Shown here in pieces: positions 11,450 to 21,300 of a stretch of 64,000 nucleotides of DNA. The notes below the pieces were generated by a model, which saw only the letters and a list, made by a program, of their open reading frames with translations, was not told where the DNA came from and made no database searches. The stretch covers positions 3,174 to 67,173 of the forward strand of contig JAEESW010000009.1 of assembly GCA_016290135.1 (NCBI GenBank), given 5' to 3'. Numbering within the stretch: the first letter of the stretch is position 1; every line of letters starts with the position of its first letter. Position numbers and translations under genes: made by a program. This stretch comes from a bacterium. Lineage in GTDB: Bacteria; UBP6; UBA1177.

Positions 11450-12177
11450 TACTGCTCCATTATTTTTCTGCCCATAAATCTCAGTTTCCAGACGCCGAAA
11501 AGCGCCTCTTTGAATATTTTTCCGCTCATTTTGCTGACTCCTTCGGTCCTGTCGGGGAAAACTATCGGGAGTTCGAACACTTTTCCGCCGCAGATCTTCG
11601 TTCTGAAAGCCATTTCTATCTGAAAACCAAAGCCTGAAAGGACGAGCGGAGCCGATATCACTTTTTCGAGAAGTTTCGCGTTCCAGCATTTGAATCCGGC
11701 GGTGACGTCATTGACACCGAGACCGAGTATCGTGCTTGCGTAGAAGCTGCCTCCCCTTGAAATTATGCGGCGGCCTAAGCCCCAGTTTTCAGTTCCTCCG
11801 CCTTTTGTGTAGCGCGAACCGACGACGACGGTATAGCCTTCATCCGATTTTTTTACCATTTCGGGAAGATATTCGGGCTTGTGTGAAAAGTCAGCATCCA
11901 TCTGGATTATCTTCTCATACCCTTTTTCGATAAGGGTGCTGAAGCCGTCGAGATACGCCGCGCCGAGCCCTTCCTTGTTACGCCGGACTTTCAGAAGCAC
12001 GAAAGGATTTTCCTTCATCATCTCTCTGACGATATCAGCAGTTCCGTCGGGCGAATTGTCGTCGACGATCAGTATATCCGCTTCGGGAAGCTGCGCGTGA
12101 ACTGCCTTGATTATGGCCGTGATATTCTCTTTTTCGTTGTAAGTCGGGATACATACTGCAATTCTGCTCATTTCCAC
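11449..12177 (-). CDS. GT2 polyprenol-phosphate glycosyltransferase (DPM1-like)
   Basis: [25 protein letters not shown] motifs of the dolichol-phosphate mannosyltransferase-like GT2 family. Stop overlaps the dapH start (TAATG). Confidence 0.8.
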   Translation of the reverse strand: MEMSRIAVCIPTYNEKENITAIIKAVHAQLPEADILIVDDNSPDGTADIVREMMKENPFVLLKVRRNKEGLGAAYLDGFSTLIEKGYEKIIQMDADFSHKPEYLPEMVKKSDEGYTVVVGSRYTKGGGTENWGLGRRIISRGGSFYASTILGLGVNDVTAGFKCWNAKLLEKVISAPLVLSGFGFQIEMAFRTKICGGKVFELPIVFPDRTEGVSKMSGKIFKEALFGVWKLRFMGRKIMEQ

Positions 12178-12395
12178 CTCCGCAAAAACAAAAAGTCTGA
12201 TATTTTAAAGAAAAACTGAGGAAAAACAAGATTCTTTTCCGCCGTCTTTCCTTGAGTTTCTGCGAATCATCGGGAATCCTGAATCCCTGGTGTCTGCGGC
12301 AGTTCACCAATGTAATATAATTTTATATCTTTTTTACTTGTAATATTTGATATTTTTGCTAAAAGTGATCGGTTTTTTGTATAAAAAGAGGTTCT

Positions 12396-14396
12396 ATGAA
12401 AGAAAAAAAGATAAAATTCATCTTCACGGGCGGCGGTAGCGGCGGTCATGTCAGCCCGGCTCTTGCAGTTGCGTCCGAACTCAAAAAAGTTCTCCCTGAA
12501 GCGGAGATAACCTACATCGGTGTCAAAAACAAAGCGGAAGCGCACATGGTCCCGAAAGTCGGGATTCCGCTTAAATTCGTGAAGAGCGCGCCTCTTCCGC
12601 AGGGAAAATCGCCTGTTAAGCTGCTGAAATTCGCAACGACTATGTTTTTCGGGCTTTCAAAAGCGGCTCTGATCCTGCTCAAAACAAGGCCTGCCGCTGT
12701 TTTTGCAACCGGCGGATTTGTAAGCGCCCCGACAGTTTTTGCCGCGTGGATCCTGCGCAAGGCGACCTTCGGACTTTTCAAGACGAAGATAATGATCCAC
12801 GAGTCGAATACCGATCTCGGCAAAATGAACAAAGCCGCTGCAAAGGCTGCCGACAAAGTTGCGGTGTCGTTCTCCGAAACGATGAGGCATCTGCCGAAAA
12901 ACAAAGGCTTTTTCTCTGGTTATCCGGTCAGAAGTTCGATCGCTCCGGAAGAAAGAAGCATCGCGAGAAAAGAGCTCGGTATCCCTGACAGCGCATTCGT
13001 GATATTCGCTTTCGGAGGCTCGCAGGGATCGCGCACCATAAACCGTGTCCTTGCAAATTCTGCAAAGAAACTTCTTGAAGATCCTGACACTTACATAATC
13101 CACGGAGCCGGGAGACCTTTCGGAAAAACCTACGAATACCACGGTTTCAACGATGTTTCCGAGATCCTCAAAAAGCAGAATTTGGGCGAAGCTGAAAAAA
13201 GATACCTTCTCCGCGATTTCATTGACAACATGGGGCTTTACTACGCTGCCTCTGATCTCCTTGTCATCAGGGCGGGAGCTGGTTCGATCGTTGAAGTGTG
13301 CCGTCAGGGCAAACCTTCCGTCATAATCCCGATAAGCAACATCGGGAACGATCACCAAATTGGTAACGCACGCTTTATCGAGCGTGCCGGGGCGGCAGCC
13401 GTTATATATGAGAGGACCGATCCTCTGAACGGGGTCGACATTGCGTTTGCCGATGCCGCGGAGTTCTGCGAAACAGTTTCGAGACTTAGGAACGACAGGC
13501 TTAAACTTGCCGAAATGTCGGAAGCGGCAAAGAACATTTTCCCGGGAAATCCGTCAGAAATAATCGTAAAAAATCTTCTCCATCTCTGTCGTCTCGGCGA
13601 AAAACCGGCTGAAGTAAAAGGGACCGAGTTTATGAACGACCGTGTTCTGGGGCTCAATTCGACAAGCCTTGAAAAATTCCTGCAAAAGACGAAGACCGGT
13701 GCTGAAAAACCGCTTGAAGCGGATGAAGTGAAGCTCATAAAAAACAAGATCGACATGCTTTTCTCGTCGCACAATCCAGTCATCAAGGCACGTGCCTGCC
13801 GGTCTTCGGGCATTCTGGGTTATTCTGAAGTCATCCCGCTCATAATCAGGTATGCGGCGGACAAAAACAGCGCGCCGTTCCTCAGCCGCGATGCTTTTTC
13901 GGCTTTGAAGCAGCTCTCGCTTGTCTGTGACACTGATAAGCGCGGAGATCTATGCGGCGCGATACTTTCAGGACTTGAAAACTCATACTATGAAACACGT
14001 TTCTCTGCTGAAAGATGCATCCCTGCTTTTGCCGGGCACTTCGGAATAAGCGACAAAGAACGCGAAAAATTCATGGATCTGCTCTTTAAGAACATGTCGG
14101 ATCACTGCTTTGAAGTTAGAGCCGATGCCGTTCTTGCGGCGGCTCAGATCTCGACCGACACCGAAAAACTGCTCGGACGCTTTTCGAAACTTTACTTCGA
14201 TGCTGTCTGGAAAGTCAGGATGGCGATACTTCAGGCTTTTGAGATCCTCATCAAGAGAGGCGTCCTCGACAAGAGCACAGCTGCATCGGAAATCGATAAG
14301 ATACTTATCACAAGCAACGGATACACGACTGAATACGAGCTCAAAAAAGAGTATAATTCCGTCATGGAACTTATTTCACAGGAGAAAAAATCATGA
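12396..14396 (+). CDS. murG: MurG-like undecaprenyl-PP-MurNAc-pentapeptide GlcNAc transferase with C-terminal HEAT-repeat domain
   Basis: MurG/GT28 motifs FTGGGSGGHV, IHESN, FGGSQGS, IPISNIGNDHQ..NA in the first ~400 aa. The last ~260 aa carry repeated xxxVRxxAxxAL HEAT/PBS-lyase-like units. Confidence 0.85.
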   Translation: MKEKKIKFIFTGGGSGGHVSPALAVASELKKVLPEAEITYIGVKNKAEAHMVPKVGIPLKFVKSAPLPQGKSPVKLLKFATTMFFGLSKAALILLKTRPAAVFATGGFVSAPTVFAAWILRKATFGLFKTKIMIHESNTDLGKMNKAAAKAADKVAVSFSETMRHLPKNKGFFSGYPVRSSIAPEERSIARKELGIPDSAFVIFAFGGSQGSRTINRVLANSAKKLLEDPDTYIIHGAGRPFGKTYEYHGFNDVSEILKKQNLGEAEKRYLLRDFIDNMGLYYAASDLLVIRAGAGSIVEVCRQGKPSVIIPISNIGNDHQIGNARFIERAGAAAVIYERTDPLNGVDIAFADAAEFCETVSRLRNDRLKLAEMSEAAKNIFPGNPSEIIVKNLLHLCRLGEKPAEVKGTEFMNDRVLGLNSTSLEKFLQKTKTGAEKPLEADEVKLIKNKIDMLFSSHNPVIKARACRSSGILGYSEVIPLIIRYAADKNSAPFLSRDAFSALKQLSLVCDTDKRGDLCGAILSGLENSYYETRFSAERCIPAFAGHFGISDKEREKFMDLLFKNMSDHCFEVRADAVLAAAQISTDTEKLLGRFSKLYFDAVWKVRMAILQAFEILIKRGVLDKSTAASEIDKILITSNGYTTEYELKKEYNSVMELISQEKKS

Positions 14397-15490
14397 TATA
14401 CGCGATCTTCAAATCGGTTTTCGGGGCCGGCGGCGGATTCGCAGTTTTCAAATACCTCTCATCGAGAACTCTGATCGCATTCGTAACGGCGTTTTTCCTT
14501 TCTCTGATCATCGGCAGACCGCTCATCAATGCGCTTTACAGACACGGTTTCCGCTCGTTTGAAAGAAGCTACGGCGAGATAAATTCGCAGAAAAAAACGG
14601 GGACTCCGATGCTGGGCGGTATACTGATCTTCATCACCGGGATAGGCAGTGCGCTGCTCTGGTGCGACCTCGCCAATCCGTTTATCTGGGCGCTGCTTGC
14701 GAGTGCAGTGTGGTTTGCCCTTTTCGGAGCGATAGATGACTACAAAAAGATCAAAGGGCGTGATGCCGACGAAGGGCTTTCCCGCTTTGCGAAATACATG
14801 ATCCAGATACTTTTCGGCGTTCTGCTCGCGGTCTTTGTCCTTACACCTGCGATATCTCCGCTCCCGGCTGAAGTTGCAAACTCTTTTCAGATCCCGTTTT
14901 TCAAAGGATTCATCTTCAGTTCGACTGTTCTCACGGCGCTTTGGATAGTTTTCATCATCGTTTACTCTGCAAACGCGGTCAATTTTGCCGACGGCATGGA
15001 CGGGCTCACGATAGTTCCTTCGGTCTTTGTCTTTATAGTTCTCGGCGTTTTTGCCTACATCATCGGCAACAAGATCCAGGCGCAGCACCTGCTTTACGAA
15101 TATATCCCTGGAAGCGGTGAGATCGCGGTCTTCTGCGGCGCAATAGTCGGTGCGGGGATCGGATTTTTGTGGTTCAACTCGCATCCGGCTGAAGTTTTCA
15201 TGGGCGACATGGGGAGCCTTTTCCTCGGCGGGACTATGGGAACGGCGGCGGTCCTCATCAGGCAGGAAGTGATTTTCATAATCGCGGGAGCGATCTTTGT
15301 AATTGAGATAACCTCGACTTTCGTTCAGGAAAATATCGGTTTCAAAATGCACAGACGTATTCTTTACCGTGCGCCGCTGCATCACCATTACCAGCATCAG
15401 GGAATGGCGGAGGCGAAGATCGTAACAAGGTTCTGGATCGTAAGCGCCATCATGGCGGCATTGGCACTTATCACCATTAAATTCAGGTAG
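14393..15490 (+). CDS. mraY: phospho-N-acetylmuramoyl-pentapeptide transferase (MraY family, GT4)
   Basis: DDYKK; NAVNFADGMDGL; LHHHYQ motifs; about 10 TM segments. ATGA overlap with murG. Confidence 0.85.
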   Translation: MIYAIFKSVFGAGGGFAVFKYLSSRTLIAFVTAFFLSLIIGRPLINALYRHGFRSFERSYGEINSQKKTGTPMLGGILIFITGIGSALLWCDLANPFIWALLASAVWFALFGAIDDYKKIKGRDADEGLSRFAKYMIQILFGVLLAVFVLTPAISPLPAEVANSFQIPFFKGFIFSSTVLTALWIVFIIVYSANAVNFADGMDGLTIVPSVFVFIVLGVFAYIIGNKIQAQHLLYEYIPGSGEIAVFCGAIVGAGIGFLWFNSHPAEVFMGDMGSLFLGGTMGTAAVLIRQEVIFIIAGAIFVIEITSTFVQENIGFKMHRRILYRAPLHHHYQHQGMAEAKIVTRFWIVSAIMAALALITIKFR

Positions 15491-15492
15491 TT

Positions 15493-15927
15493 ATGTCAAA
15501 AAAACAGGAAATGTATTTCAACGGGGAAGACTGCCGCTTCTGCAACGGGATGTGCTGCCGCTATGTTACGATCGACATCGAAAAAGAACCTCGCTCCGAA
15601 GACCGTTTCGACGAGATAATCTGGTGGCTTTTCAACCCGAACATAAAGGTCTTGAAAAACGGACATATCTGGTCGATCCTCGTCATGGGAAAGTGCGAAA
15701 ACCTCAACGGATCGGACAAATGCGCGATCTACGAAGCACGCCCCGACCTCTGCCGCGAATATCCGCCTGAAGAGGAGGGCTGTCACTTTGACGATATCAA
15801 AAGGCTCGAAGGGACTATATTTAACACTGCAGAGGAACTTCTTACATATCTGGCTGTTGACCGCAGAAAAGAGTGGGCAAAGAAACGGCTGGAAAATATG
15901 AGAAAGGCAAAAAATCTCGAGGTGTAG
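15493..15927 (+). CDS. YkgJ-family cysteine-cluster protein (CxxCxxCC, putative Fe/Zn-binding)
   Basis: CRFCNGMCC motif plus downstream Cys (CAIYEARPDLC). Start 3 nt after the mraY stop. Confidence 0.75.
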   Translation: MSKKQEMYFNGEDCRFCNGMCCRYVTIDIEKEPRSEDRFDEIIWWLFNPNIKVLKNGHIWSILVMGKCENLNGSDKCAIYEARPDLCREYPPEEEGCHFDDIKRLEGTIFNTAEELLTYLAVDRRKEWAKKRLENMRKAKNLEV

Positions 15928-16036
15928 AAAAAGATCGATTTTGTTTGACCAAAACAAATCAAAATGTAAAATCAACCGCTTTTGAAGTTCATTCCGAGTT
16001 TGTTTTTTTAATAATTTTTTCAGAAAGGAGAAAATC

Positions 16037-17167
16037 ATGGCAAAGTATCGTATCGCTTGGCTGCCGGGTGACGGCGTCGGCAAAGAGGTTATGGAAGCTG
16101 CAAAGATCGTTTTCGACGGTCTCAAACTTGACGCGGAATACATCCACGGCGATATCGGCTGGGAATTCTGGTGCAAAGAGGGCGATCCGCTTCCTAAAAG
16201 AACGACCGATATGATGAAGACTACCGATGCGGCTCTTTTCGGCGCGATCACTTCGAAACCGCAGAAAGAGGCTAAGAACGAGCTCATTCCGGAACTCAGA
16301 GACAAAGGTCTCACATATTTTTCTCCGATAGTCAGACTCCGCCAGGAATTCGACCTTTACTGCAACGAAAGACCGAACATCGCGATCCCGGGCAACCCGC
16401 TCAACCTCAACGGAAAGGAAGACATCAACATCACAGTCTTCAGAGAGAACACGGAAGGCAGCTATGCCGGTGTTGAATACGGTCCTGTAAGCGACGAGCT
16501 CAAAGCGGCTCTTGCAAAGGATTCGCCGAAAATGAAGTTCTTCATGGATACTCCGGGAGAAGACCTTGCGATCTCGACAAGAATAATCACGAGAAAGGGT
16601 GCTGAGAGGATCATACGCGCAGCATTCGAACACGCAAGAAAATTCGGAAAGAAGAAAGTTACGCTTGTTGAAAAACCGAACGTTCTCAGAAAGACCGGCG
16701 GACTCATGGTCGAAGTTTTCGAGAAGATCGCAGCTGAATATCCTGAGATCACAGCTTGGTTCGACAACGTTGACGCGATCGGAATGTGGCTTGTAAAATG
16801 CCCCGAAAAATACGAAGTCCTCGTTGCTGAGAACCTTTTCGGCGACATCATCAGCGACCTCTGCAGCCAGCTTGTAGGCGGCCTCGGCTTCGCTCACAGC
16901 GGAAACATCGGGAGCAACTACGCTGTTTTCGAGCCTGTTCACGGCAGCGCACCGAAATACACCGGCATGTACAAGGTAAACCCGATGGCAACTATTCTTG
17001 CAGGAAAAATGCTCTGCAACTACCTTGGCGAGCACGAAATGGCTGAAAGGATCCAGAAAGGCGTCGAGCTTACAGTCAAAGAGCGCAAAGTTGTAACCTA
17101 CGACCTTGGCGGAACGGCAAAAACGCTCGAAGTTGCTGAAGAAATCCTTAAAAACGCACTTAAGTAA
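16037..17167 (+). CDS. isocitrate/isopropylmalate dehydrogenase family protein (NAD(P)-dependent beta-decarboxylating dehydrogenase)
   Basis: WLPGDGVGKEV N-terminus; GDIISDLCSQLVGGLGFAHSGNIG; HGSAPKYTG. Exact substrate (isocitrate, IPM or tartrate) not resolvable by eye. Confidence 0.8.
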   Translation: MAKYRIAWLPGDGVGKEVMEAAKIVFDGLKLDAEYIHGDIGWEFWCKEGDPLPKRTTDMMKTTDAALFGAITSKPQKEAKNELIPELRDKGLTYFSPIVRLRQEFDLYCNERPNIAIPGNPLNLNGKEDINITVFRENTEGSYAGVEYGPVSDELKAALAKDSPKMKFFMDTPGEDLAISTRIITRKGAERIIRAAFEHARKFGKKKVTLVEKPNVLRKTGGLMVEVFEKIAAEYPEITAWFDNVDAIGMWLVKCPEKYEVLVAENLFGDIISDLCSQLVGGLGFAHSGNIGSNYAVFEPVHGSAPKYTGMYKVNPMATILAGKMLCNYLGEHEMAERIQKGVELTVKERKVVTYDLGGTAKTLEVAEEILKNALK

Positions 17168-17191
17168 AAAATCATTTTTTAATAAAAAATC

Positions 17192-18364
17192 ATGTCCGAA
17201 AAATCGCTTTATCTCACCAAAATCCAGCTTCGAGAGGAGCTCAAAAGATGCCTCAACTGCAAAACCCAGCCCTGCATGACTGCGTGCCCGGTAAGCTGCA
17301 ATCCGCGTGAGTTCATCCAGTATTCAAAGGCTGAGGAGTGGGACGAGGCAGTGGCGGCTATCACGCGTGTCAACCCGATGGGACAGACCTGCGGCCTCAT
17401 CTGCCCTGACAAATTCTGCATGAAAGCCTGCACACGTTCCGGAATCGACTTCCCGGTCAACATTCCGAGAGTCCAGGCGACGATCCTGCACAATTTCAGG
17501 GTCGATCATCCCGAAAAAGTCTCGCTTCCGCACAACGGGCACACTGTTGCCATCGTCGGAGCGGGGCCTGCCGGGCTTGCGGCGACTGCGCTTCTTGTCA
17601 AAAACGGTTTCAAAGTTACGATCTATGAAGGTCGTCACGAAATCGGCGGCGCGCTTTGCATGATCCCCGAAAACAGGCTTCCGCACGAAGTAATTGAGCG
17701 CGATTACGAGTTTATCAGCAACAACGATCTGGTTACGCTGAAACTCAACGCGAAGGTGAGCCACACAGTCGAGCTTCTCAACCGTTTCGACGCCGTTATC
17801 GTCTCTACCGGCGAGCCGAACTGCCTTGAACTCAAGATCCCGGGAGAAGAACTCAGCGTTTCATACACCGATTTTCTCTACCATCCCGAAGATTTCCAGA
17901 CGAACGGTCATGTCGCGGTCATCGGAGGCGGAAACGTCGCGGCAGACTGCGCTGCAACAGCAATGAGAAACGGCGCGGCATCGGTCGAAATGTTCGTCAG
18001 ACGCCGCATTTCGGACATGCGCATATCGAAAGCGGAATACCTTGACCTCGTCAATCATAAAATCGACCTCTGCGGCATGACAAGCCCCGAAAAAATAGAA
18101 AAAATCGGGAACAAACTCTGTCTCACCGTGAGACGCAACTTCTTTGACGGCGAAAAATGGGTCCCGCTTGAAAATTCGTCAGTCTCGCTTCCTTACTTTG
18201 ACCTCATTATCCGCGCAGTCGGAAGCCGCTCCGACACGAAGAGCGACGACAACGCGAAACTAGTATACGCAGGCGACTGCAAAACAGGCGGTTCCACGAT
18301 CGTCGAAGCAATTTCATCAGGCCGCAAGGCAGCTCAGGAAATCATCAGGCTGTTTGAAGAATAG
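17192..18364 (+). CDS. glutamate synthase small-subunit-like (GltD/PreT family) FAD/NAD(P)-binding oxidoreductase
   Basis: N-terminal Fe-S Cys cluster (CLNCKTQPCMTACP..CGLICP..CMKAC), dinucleotide fold VAIVGAGPAGLAAT and a second GG motif. Shorter than canonical GltD; no large subunit nearby. Confidence 0.75.
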   Translation: MSEKSLYLTKIQLREELKRCLNCKTQPCMTACPVSCNPREFIQYSKAEEWDEAVAAITRVNPMGQTCGLICPDKFCMKACTRSGIDFPVNIPRVQATILHNFRVDHPEKVSLPHNGHTVAIVGAGPAGLAATALLVKNGFKVTIYEGRHEIGGALCMIPENRLPHEVIERDYEFISNNDLVTLKLNAKVSHTVELLNRFDAVIVSTGEPNCLELKIPGEELSVSYTDFLYHPEDFQTNGHVAVIGGGNVAADCAATAMRNGAASVEMFVRRRISDMRISKAEYLDLVNHKIDLCGMTSPEKIEKIGNKLCLTVRRNFFDGEKWVPLENSSVSLPYFDLIIRAVGSRSDTKSDDNAKLVYAGDCKTGGSTIVEAISSGRKAAQEIIRLFEE

Positions 18365-18379
18365 TCCGTTTTTGTCAAC

Positions 18380-21300
18380 TTATTTGCAAGTCATAATGTC
18401 AAGAATGACCTGATCGGTCTTCTCCATTCCTTCTGAAGCGACAGTCGCAAGATTTTTGATGGTTTTTTCGATGTCGCGCTCGATTATTCCATCGGTTTCG
18501 GAGATCTCGATGTTTTCGATCGCTAAAAGTGCGCTTTGAAGTGCCGCGTTGATCGTAGTTGAAACTTTGAGTGCGCATCCCGCCTTAGCGCCGTCGCATA
18601 TCATGCCGGAGATGTTTCCTATCATGTTTTTGATTGCGTAGTTTATCTGCGGAAGTCCGCCGTCCATGAGATATACCATGCCGCATGCAGCGCCTGTGGA
18701 AGCCGTTACTGTGCCGCAGAGGGCCGAAAGTTTCGACATGAATTCTTTGAGGTGTATCGCGATCAGGTTGCCGAGATAAAGCGCGCGGATGAGTTTTTCC
18801 TCGCTTGAACCGAGCCTTTCTGCAGTCGCGACTATCGGCATCATTACGGTTATTCCCTGGTTTCCGCTGCCTGAATTGCTCATGACGGGAAGCGTGCAGC
18901 CTGCCATTCTCGCATCACTTGCCGCAGCAGTGAGAGCCATCGCGTAGTTTGCAAGATCGTCGCACAAAATCCCTTTTTTGACGTTGAGGCGCAGAGTTTT
19001 GCCGACACGGAGCCCGTAGTCGCCGCTAAGACCTTCAAGGGCTATCCTTTTGTTCATTTCGGCACCCTCAAGAACATAACGGATCTTGTCTAAAGGCACT
19101 TTGTTGATGAAATTCCAGATCCCTTCGACAGTCATGTGGTGCTCCTCTGTCTTTTTGCTCTCCTCCTTGTCGAACGAAAGTGCGCTGCACGATTTTTGCG
19201 AAACGATTTTTCCGTTGAGTTCGGTGAGGACTATGTTTGTGTGGCTTCCGCAGATAATCGTCCTTGCACAGTTTTTGCCGCTGAAGCACGCCGCTTCGAT
19301 GTAGAGTTTGTCGACCTGCTCCTTGAGCGTGATCGAGATCTTTCCGTCTTTCACCATCTTTTTGGCTTCTTCGATCTCTTCGGGAGTGACGCCGCTCAGC
19401 ACTTCAAGTTCTTTTGTGGGATCTCCGCCTGTGATACCCAGCGCAGCCGCGATCGGAAGGCCGACCATGCCTGTTCCCGGGATGCCGACGCCGAGGCCGT
19501 TTTTCATGATGTTTCCGCTGAGAGCGATCTCCGCTCTTTTGATATGTCCGCCAAGAAGTTTCGTCGAAGTCGCCGCAGCGAGCGCCACCGCGATAGGTTC
19601 GGTGCAGCCGAGTGCCGGAACGACCTCGCTGTTGAAAGCGTTGATGTAAAGCTGGTAATCCATCTCTTCCTCTTTTCTATTTTCAACTACCTTAAAATCG
19701 GTGAAAACGCGGTATTCGTAAGCCTTGAGCTGTATGAAAAAGCCGTGCTCGAAGATATCTCCGGTGCTGATCGTGTATTCCTTGCCTGAGATCAGCTCTT
19801 TGAACTGCAGATAAGTCCCTTTTTCATTTCTGAGTCCGAGTGCAAAATCGAGATTTATCCGTTTAAGTTCATTGCTTCCTTTGTCGAGCCATGCACAGCT
19901 CTGCTTGATCCAGCCTGATGTTTCGGCAAATTTGTTGTGGTAGAAAACAAGCACTTTGCTCTCTCCCCAGCCGTTCGAATATGCGAAAACGTTTTCATCG
20001 ACCGAGCCGTCGGATCTGTAGAAATCGTAGAAGTGGAAGTCATCGACGTGGGCAAAAAGGCGGCGCAGATGCAGAAGCGGGAAAATTTCGCGCTCGTGCC
20101 GCTCTACAAGTGCCTGATTGACGGTCTCGTTTTTGTAGGCGCGTCGGTATTCCATGCCGTATTTTTCGGAAAATCCTTCGATCTGGCCGTGTCCGAACAT
20201 CGGAAGTCCCGGCATCGTTATCATAAGAAGGGTGACTCCGAAATATTTGTCGTTGTCTCCGAACTGCGCGACAGCCGTCTCCTCATCGGGATTGTTGAGG
20301 AAGTTGACGTATCTTTCGAGAATGTGCGGGTCGAATTCGAGAACGCTTTTTACAGACTGTCTGTATTTCGCGTTTTCCTCGTTTTTCATAAAGTTCATGA
20401 ATGCGCTGTTGTAGACGCGGTGCATTCCCAAAGTCCGCACGAAATAGCCTTCCATAAGCCAGAAAGCCTCGGCCAAAAGCAGCGTTTCGGGTGCATCGAG
20501 AGCGACTCTGTCAACGACTTCGCGCCAGAATTCCTTCGGAAAAAACTTGTTGAATTCTTCGGTCGTAAGTCCGTGTTCGGCGCGTGATGCAATGTCTCCG
20601 CCGCTTCCCGGTTCGGGGAACCAGAGCCTGTGATAGTGCCTTTTTGCAAGCGTCATCGCTGCATCGAACCTGATCACCGGGAAGTTTTTCGCGATTTTTA
20701 TGATCGTCTGAATCACCTGTTCCCTGACATCGGCACGCATATAGTTGAGCTGCGCCGTATCGTTCCACGGCATGCAGGTCCCGTCGTTTCCGTGATAGAT
20801 GTAGTCGGTTTTTCCTGTCCTGAAATCGACCCGTTTGAAAGTTACCGCCGCATCGCTTTTCGAATAGTAGTGGTCTTCGATATAAATCCCGATATTCGGG
20901 TCGCTCGAAAGGTTTTCGCCGTTATATGTGTAGGCAGGGAAGGGCGGCTCGTCCGCCGAAATGAACCATTCTGGATGCTCCGAGATCCACTTTGAATCGA
21001 TCGCCGTGTGGTTGGGGACCATGTCGCTCGCAAGTCTGATCCCGTGTCTCCACGCCCTTTCGCGGAGATTCTGCATCGCCGCTTCGCCGCCGAGTTCAGA
21101 GGCTATTTCGTAGTCGTAAAGCGAATACGCACTTGCCGCAGCTTCCGGGTTTCCCATTATCTGCTTGATTCGTTTCGATGCTTTGCTGCGCTCCCACAAA
21201 CCGATCAGCCAGAGTGCCGTAAAGCCGCGTCTGGACAGGGTTTCAAGCTCTTCGTCGGGGATCCTGTCAAGAGTATGGATGTCGGCCGAATACTGCTTTG

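Noticed and set aside
10794-11623. Plus-strand ORFs 10794..11309 and 10907..11623 opposite dapH
   Set aside because: Pro/Thr- or Asp-rich shadow frames of the hexapeptide-repeat gene; no RBS or domain.
14459-15397. 312-aa minus-strand ORF antisense to mraY
   Set aside because: Arg/Asp-rich nonsense composition opposite a well-supported membrane-protein gene.
15928-16036. Imperfect AT-rich inverted repeat GATTTTGTTTG-ACC-AAAACAAATC after ykgJ as terminator
   Set aside because: Arms are imperfect and very AT-rich with no clean U-tract, so it is too weak to list as a feature.
15496-17035. Minus-strand ORFs 15496..16314 and 15989..17035 across ykgJ and the IDH-family gene
   Set aside because: Antisense to motif-bearing genes; no homology features.
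19136-20587. Plus-strand ORFs inside the 18380..22231 gene (19136..19789, 19937..20587 and others)
   Set aside because: Shadow ORFs opposite the GH13/YhaM coding frame.
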